NCBI GenBank assembly: GCA_037139695.1
Contig: JBAXFX010000002.1
Location: 1 to 46,869, forward strand
Length of the DNA: 46,869 nucleotides
Source: Candidatus Moraniibacteriota bacterium
GTDB taxonomy: Bacteria; Patescibacteriota; Minisyncoccia; Moranbacterales; UBA1568
Reading direction: 5' to 3'
A model generated the notes under the pieces. It was not told where the DNA came from. It saw nothing but the letters and a program-made list of their open reading frames with translations, and did not search any database. Positions 41,612-46,869 of this stretch are shown one piece after another (the stretch's first letter is position 1; each line of letters opens with the position of its first letter). The position numbers and the translations under genes were made by a program.

Positions 41612-42429
41612 GGTCGTGATGGGTGTTTTGGGAGCGGCTTACCGAGATATTTCAGAAAATATTTCATCGCACTCGATATATGGTACCATGTGAGCCGGTT
41701 TAGGAAAAGGGAACCAAGAAATCCACCGCGCGCACTCCCCTTCCCGTGGTAATGATACACCGACACCGATGGAACATGTACGACTTTCCATCCGTGTTCC
41801 CAGAATCGGCGACACCAATCGACATCCTCCATATAGAGGAAGAAGCGTGTGTCCATCGGCCCGACCTCGTCGATCGCCGCGCGACGAACGAGCATCGCCG
41901 ATCCCATGATCCAATCCACTGCACGAGGTTCCTTGTGGTCGTAATCCCGCATCAGGAACCAATCGAGGTGACGCTTCCCGAGCGGCAGTTTTCCAAGAAT
42001 GGTTCGGCGGTAGAGGATAGTCCACGGACGGTAAAACCGGAAACAGGAAGCCTGTTCGCTCCCGTTGAAATTAATTTGTCTCGGTCCAAGCATGCCGATC
42101 TTCGGGTCGGACTCCATGAACGCAAGCAGTGCCGGCACTGTGCCTTCGGTCAGGATGATATCGTGATTGATGAGGAGCAAAAATTCGCCCTTCGCCTCTT
42201 CGAGGGAGCGGTTTAAGAGTACCGGAAAACCGACGTTCTTCCCATGCGGAACGAATCGGACCTGTGGGAAATCCCGCATGACGAGCCGGGTCGGCTCTTC
42301 CGTCGCGCTGTCGACGACAAGCACCTCGACATCCGGATTGCCGGCATAACGGAACACCGATTCGAGGCACAGCCGGAGCAGTTCCGGATTCCGATAGCTG
42401 TTGATGGCGATGGAGAGTTTCGGTCTCAT
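41608..42429 (-). CDS. family 2 glycosyltransferase
   Basis: LSIAINSYRNPELLRLCLESV...VLVVDSATEE...LLLINHDIIL. It overlaps the downstream gene by 4 nt. Confidence 0.8.
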   Translation of the reverse strand: MRPKLSIAINSYRNPELLRLCLESVFRYAGNPDVEVLVVDSATEEPTRLVMRDFPQVRFVPHGKNVGFPVLLNRSLEEAKGEFLLLINHDIILTEGTVPALLAFMESDPKIGMLGPRQINFNGSEQASCFRFYRPWTILYRRTILGKLPLGKRHLDWFLMRDYDHKEPRAVDWIMGSAMLVRRAAIDEVGPMDTRFFLYMEDVDWCRRFWEHGWKVVHVPSVSVYHYHGKGSARGGFLGSLFLNRLTWYHISSAMKYFLKYLGKPLPKHPSRP

Positions 42430-42495
42430 GGACGTGCCGGCTATCGGTCAATGGAAAGGACATCCGGAATGGCTGTTCCGGATGTCCACGACGTA

Positions 42496-43695
42496 CTAGG
42501 GAAGACTTGAGAAGAGCGCGCGGATCTTGTCATAGTTTTCGCCGACGGGAAGCAGGATATAGCCGGCTTCGGGCGCGCTGTTTTCCGGGTGATACAGGAG
42601 TCCTTCCGGAGTGGTATCAAGCACCTTCTGCGTGAGCGCGGTATCGCCGATCTTCTGGTACAAGTCGTATAGGCGCTTCAGCTCCCAACCTTCCATGTCC
42701 GTCCGGACATTGTCGCCGAGACTGTTCATGACGCCGTTGATCTTCGAATAGTCCGAGAGGAGGCCGATAGAGAGAGCCTTCGCCTTGATCAGTTTGATCA
42801 CTTCCTGCTGACGCTTGGCACGGTCGAAGTCGCTCGTCGCGTCGCGGGAACGGGCATAGCAGAGCGCCTTCGCACCGTCGAGCACATTGTCCCCGGCCGA
42901 GAGCTGGAACGTCCCGCCACACTCCTCGTCCTTGTTATAGCAAAGGAGGTACGACTTCGTCAGCACTTTCAGACCGGTTATCGAGCTCGTCTTGTACTTG
43001 TTCTCGTACTGCGCCGGCTTGGTCGGGATCGTGTAGACATACGGGTCGCAGACCTGTGGCTGATGGAACTGTACGCCTTCAGTGAACGGCTGATCGAGAT
43101 GGACCGTGATACCGCCGACGGCATCTATCAGCTCCTTGAAACCTTTGAAATCGATGGTGATCGCGTACTGGATCGGCTGCCCGGTGACATCCGAGATGAT
43201 CCGCTTCATGTTTTCCATTCCCTGACCGACACCCTTCTGCTCACCGTACGCGTTGACGGCATTGATCTTCTGCTTGTCGGACGTGTCCGGGACGGTCACG
43301 TACAAATCGCGCGGGATCGAGACCAGCGAGGCTTTCGGAAGGTCATCCTTCCCGTTTCCGGGATGCAGTGAAAGGACCATGATCGTATCGGTGAGGAAAG
43401 CGCCACCGTCCATGCCGGCACCGCGCTCGCCGAGAAGCAGGATATTGATACGGCCGTCCGCCTCGCCCTTCAGCTGGGACGATGTTCCCGGAAGGGATTT
43501 GACGATATTGGAAAAAATATTCCCCTTCCCCATGGAAATCTTGTCCATGATCGAACCGGCCTTCCATACGAAAATGCCACCGGCGACGGCGAGAATCGCG
43601 ACGACCGAAATGATCGCGATCCGCACGCGATGATGTTTCTTCGTCAACCCGGCCGTCGGCAGGGCGCCACTCTTCTTTCGAAAGGGATTCCGCAT
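42496..43695 (-). CDS. LytR-CpsA-Psr (LCP) family protein
   Basis: TM anchor followed by INILLLGERGAGMDGGAFLTDTIMVLSL and RSRDATSDFDRAKRQQ. Confidence 0.8.
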   Translation of the reverse strand: MRNPFRKKSGALPTAGLTKKHHRVRIAIISVVAILAVAGGIFVWKAGSIMDKISMGKGNIFSNIVKSLPGTSSQLKGEADGRINILLLGERGAGMDGGAFLTDTIMVLSLHPGNGKDDLPKASLVSIPRDLYVTVPDTSDKQKINAVNAYGEQKGVGQGMENMKRIISDVTGQPIQYAITIDFKGFKELIDAVGGITVHLDQPFTEGVQFHQPQVCDPYVYTIPTKPAQYENKYKTSSITGLKVLTKSYLLCYNKDEECGGTFQLSAGDNVLDGAKALCYARSRDATSDFDRAKRQQEVIKLIKAKALSIGLLSDYSKINGVMNSLGDNVRTDMEGWELKRLYDLYQKIGDTALTQKVLDTTPEGLLYHPENSAPEAGYILLPVGENYDKIRALFSSLP

Positions 43696-43716
43696 AACTT
43701 TTTTCGGATACGTTAC

Positions 43717-44877
43717 TTAATGTGTCGACTGAGACGAGGCCGTATAACACGAAATCATATCCCGGGCGCTTTCCGCCCAAGCATACCCGGCGAGCCGGTC
43801 TTTTCCGGACCGTTCACACCGCATTCGCGCGTTTTCGTCAATAAGGAGAGTGTACAACGATTCCGCGCATTTGGCAATATTCCCCGGAACGAAAGAAAGG
43901 ACGGACTCGCCACCGACCTCTCGAAACGGTGGGATGTCGGATGCAACGACCGGCGTTCCTACGGCGAAGGCCTCGAGAATCGGTATGCCGAAACCCTCGT
44001 ATAAGGATGGGAAGCAGAGTACGCAGGCGAGAGTATAGAGCGCCGGCATATCCTCCTGCAGGACGTATCCCGGAAAAACGACCGCATCGTCGAGGCCTTC
44101 CTCACGTATCGCGTCGTCGATCGACCGATCGTAGTGCTTGCCATCCCGACCACCGACGAGGACAAGCCCGAGGTCCGGATGGTCCTTTCGAAGCGTGGCG
44201 AATGCCCGGATAAGAAGTGGGATGTTCTTGCGTGGCTGCATGGTGCCGACCGAGAGGATGAACGTCTCGGGCAGCGCGTGACGCGACTTCGTCCGGGCCA
44301 GGTCCGCCTGAGTCGGCGGGACAAGGAACGCCGGATCGACCGCGTTCGGCACGATAGCAACCTTCTCCTCCCCGACTCCGTAGCGCGAGATGATCTCGTC
44401 TTTGGTAAAACGCGACGGCGCGATAAGCAGGTCGGAACGCCTCATGGTCCGCGGAATGAATATCGAAAGGAACAGGCGGTCGAGTATCCCGACATATTCC
44501 GGAAACGCCCGGAACGAGACATCGTGAATATGCGTCACGACCCTGGTCCGCGACGGGATGAACGACGGCAGGATATACTGCGTATGAAAAACGTCCACGG
44601 TCCGTCGAAGCAGGAACAGCGGTACCGAGATAAGGTTCCACATAAACCGGTTCCCTGCCACCAAGGTCACGACCTCCGCGTTTTCCGGAAGCCGTCCGTC
44701 CCTTCCGAGTTCCGTCCGAAGCCGCGCGAGCGAATCTTCGTCACTCCGATCCGTCAGGAGCAGGAAACGATCCGTCCGGTCCAGCTCGAGCACCGACCGG
44801 ACGAGATTCCGGAAGACCGCCTCGTCTCCCGTGCGGTTCCTTCCTATCAAACGGACATCGATGGCGATGGTTTTCAT
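43717..44877 (-). CDS. family 4 (GT-B) glycosyltransferase
   Basis: EGFGIPILEAFAVGTPVVASD (EX7E region). Confidence 0.8.
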   Translation of the reverse strand: MKTIAIDVRLIGRNRTGDEAVFRNLVRSVLELDRTDRFLLLTDRSDEDSLARLRTELGRDGRLPENAEVVTLVAGNRFMWNLISVPLFLLRRTVDVFHTQYILPSFIPSRTRVVTHIHDVSFRAFPEYVGILDRLFLSIFIPRTMRRSDLLIAPSRFTKDEIISRYGVGEEKVAIVPNAVDPAFLVPPTQADLARTKSRHALPETFILSVGTMQPRKNIPLLIRAFATLRKDHPDLGLVLVGGRDGKHYDRSIDDAIREEGLDDAVVFPGYVLQEDMPALYTLACVLCFPSLYEGFGIPILEAFAVGTPVVASDIPPFREVGGESVLSFVPGNIAKCAESLYTLLIDENARMRCERSGKDRLAGYAWAESARDMISCYTASSQSTH

Positions 44878-46490
44878 AATGTCTCTGCGAAATCGGATTC
44901 ATGGAACAGGTACGACCCGGCGATACCGAGAAGGGCGAAGAAAAATCCAAGGAGGATTCCGGAATTCAACATATCGAACGTGACGAGCCCGGCGAATGCG
45001 GTCAGGAGGAAAAATGCGAACGTCCCACGATGCCGGAAGAAGTCCGATACCGACCGGAACGCAAGCAGAAGGAGGAGACCGACGAGGCCAAGGAGACCAA
45101 GGAGACCGCTTCCGAGCCAGACCTCGAGGAAGAGATCGCTCGCGTTGAGTCCGGCACCGCGCGCATCCGCCCCGAGCGTCCGCGTCACGGTCCCCCATCC
45201 GACGCCGAGCACCGGATGTTCCCGACCGAGCGCGAGTGACCGGTCATAGATCTGTTTGCGGATGGAAACGTTCGGATCGTCTCGGTCGATTTCCGAAACG
45301 AAACGACCGGCCGCATATTCCGCACCGATTTCCTCGAGGTTTATGTGCCGGCACCCGAGTGGCGCCAGCTCGTCGACGGATGCGACATGTTCCGGCAGCG
45401 TGACCGGTTGTTCGCAGGAAACCGTGATGGTCTGCCGTCCCGAGCCGATGCTTTCCGCCCGGCCGAAGAGATCGAAGTCCGTGAGCGGAACCAATGCGAC
45501 AAGATCGAACGCGAGGATCGCGCTCCCGGCAATCAGTATCGAAAGGATACCGGCGACCCGTGGCCGGCCGGCAAGAAGCGCGAGTCCGATCGCGACGAAG
45601 GCGGTAACGCCCACACCGAGCCAGGCACTCCGACTCACCGAGATGATGAGTGTGGCAAGACAGATGATTGATCCGACCGACAGGAAGACCGAGCGCTTCA
45701 TCCGGAAGAACTCACGAACCGACGACGAGCGCGAGGCAATGAAGTATCCTGCCGAAAGAAAGATCGCGAACGTCGGCACGAGGTACATCCCAAGCCAGTC
45801 CGGCTCGGCGAAGAGTCCGTTCGGTCGGCCCGGCATGACTTCGAAAAACCCGTTTCCGCCCAAGAAGAGGCCGTTTTGGACGATGGAGACGCCGACCGTC
45901 AGAAGCGCCGAAACGATCGCGAACGGAAGGATCCGTCCGACATCCTCCGACGAGCGGACATAGAGGCGGAAGAGCACGTAGAGCGCGTAAAACGAGAACA
46001 GGATGATGGAAAAACGGAGCGCCACACCCGGAGCGGGCGCATTGAAGGCGGCGAAGACCGATCCGATCGGGACGAGGAGCAACAGAAAATCACCGACATG
46101 AACCCTTGGTCGCGATGGCACCGATCGGTGCGACAAAATCCGGATACCGAGCCCGACAAAGATCGCGACCATCAAGAACTGGTACGGATGGATGCCGCTT
46201 CCGAAGGATGCCGGCGCAAGATTCACGATCTCGATCGGCAACACGGACACGAGCAACAGGAACACCCAACCCGGCCGATACGCCGCGGCAAGCGTCGTCA
46301 GGAGGAAGAGGAACACGAAGTCCGACATGCCGAGCGGGATGATACCGCCATACGAAAGGATCACGAGCGCTCCGAACAGCGTCCCGCTTATTGTCAGAAG
46401 CATCTTGGCGACCGCCGACATCCCGATCACCGGCAGGTATTTTCGCAGGTTCATACGCGTGTTCATACTATTCCAAAGTCCGTTTTCCAT
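44874..46490 (-). CDS. O-antigen ligase / polymerase-like polytopic membrane protein
   Basis: 538 aa with 10 or more TM helices and a large external loop. It is coupled by a 4-nt overlap to the GT4 gene. Confidence 0.55.
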   Translation of the reverse strand: MENGLWNSMNTRMNLRKYLPVIGMSAVAKMLLTISGTLFGALVILSYGGIIPLGMSDFVFLFLLTTLAAAYRPGWVFLLLVSVLPIEIVNLAPASFGSGIHPYQFLMVAIFVGLGIRILSHRSVPSRPRVHVGDFLLLLVPIGSVFAAFNAPAPGVALRFSIILFSFYALYVLFRLYVRSSEDVGRILPFAIVSALLTVGVSIVQNGLFLGGNGFFEVMPGRPNGLFAEPDWLGMYLVPTFAIFLSAGYFIASRSSSVREFFRMKRSVFLSVGSIICLATLIISVSRSAWLGVGVTAFVAIGLALLAGRPRVAGILSILIAGSAILAFDLVALVPLTDFDLFGRAESIGSGRQTITVSCEQPVTLPEHVASVDELAPLGCRHINLEEIGAEYAAGRFVSEIDRDDPNVSIRKQIYDRSLALGREHPVLGVGWGTVTRTLGADARGAGLNASDLFLEVWLGSGLLGLLGLVGLLLLLAFRSVSDFFRHRGTFAFFLLTAFAGLVTFDMLNSGILLGFFFALLGIAGSYLFHESDFAETL

Positions 46491-46672
46491 CGCGATTTCA
46501 GAAATTCAAATACTGCCACCCCCACTTCACCATCGGATCCGTATCTTACACCGCTTATATCATTAACCACAGTACCACTTCCAAAGGATACATAAATCAT
46601 ATCACTATTTATGAAGAAAAGCTCCCCTTCCTTGACGACCAGATCACCAAATAATATTTTCTTATTTTCCAT
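46463..46672 (-). CDS. small hypothetical protein
   Basis: 69-aa AT-rich ORF that overlaps the start of the downstream membrane protein gene by 28 nt. The RBS is weak (AGGAA). Confidence 0.3.
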   Translation of the reverse strand: MENKKILFGDLVVKEGELFFINSDMIYVSFGSGTVVNDISGVRYGSDGEVGVAVFEFLKSRWKTDFGIV

Positions 46673-46869
46673 TTCCTGAACCTATTTTAGTCTATAATGC
46701 TTACTGCTAGAAAACTATAATCTATTCCGCGTTCCGATTATAGAATATGGCTCAAATAAGCTCTTAGTATCTATCTCAAATCTCAACGCCTCTATAAGGC
46801 AAAAAATCCGCTTACCGGCTGAAATCCGAAAATTTCGGCTGCCCCGACCGTCTCGCCAAGCGATCGTCG

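Overview
The window is 46.9 kb from a compact bacterial genome that uses the standard code (TGA is used as a stop). Gene content and small gene size suggest an uncultivated small-genome lineage such as Patescibacteria/CPR, but that is inference only. The backbone is about 50-58% GC and carries housekeeping genes: gltX, priA-def-fmt, groES with a CIRCE operator, an ABC-F ATPase, a phosphohexomutase, an RsuA/RluB-type pseudouridine synthase, a CDF transporter and three Nudix hydrolases. It also carries a minus-strand cell-envelope operon (O-antigen-ligase-like, GT4, LCP, GT2, S41 protease). Three AT-rich accessory segments stand out. (1) A roughly 7.3 kb island lies directly 3' of tRNA-Gln(CTG) and begins with a large serine recombinase. 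Its cargo is a membrane-anchored DUF2726 nuclease-fold protein, an RNxxxH (HEPN-like) protein, a Nudix hydrolase, a decayed radical-SAM/SPASM pseudogene and a 329-bp MITE-like element with perfect 23-bp terminal inverted repeats. (2) A 1.3 kb gene-free region (23253-24557) holds four diverged tandem units. Each unit keeps an invariant 19-mer, GGTGGTACCTGATGTACCC, and the array lies downstream of two copies of an extended -10 promoter-like 16-mer. (3) A low-GC restriction-modification locus encodes its C5 cytosine methyltransferase as one 528-aa polypeptide fused to a complete LexA (wHTH, Ala-Gly cleavage site, S24 Ser/Lys dyad). It converges on a putative endonuclease with a B3-like C-terminal domain. 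The LexA-methyltransferase fusion is my top candidate for an undescribed regulatory architecture. Other observations are a PriA with degenerate Walker A, Walker B and arginine-finger motifs, a 2H phosphoesterase lacking both catalytic histidines, and several operator-like dyads and candidate structured RNAs. All family assignments come from motif recognition by eye; no database search was run.
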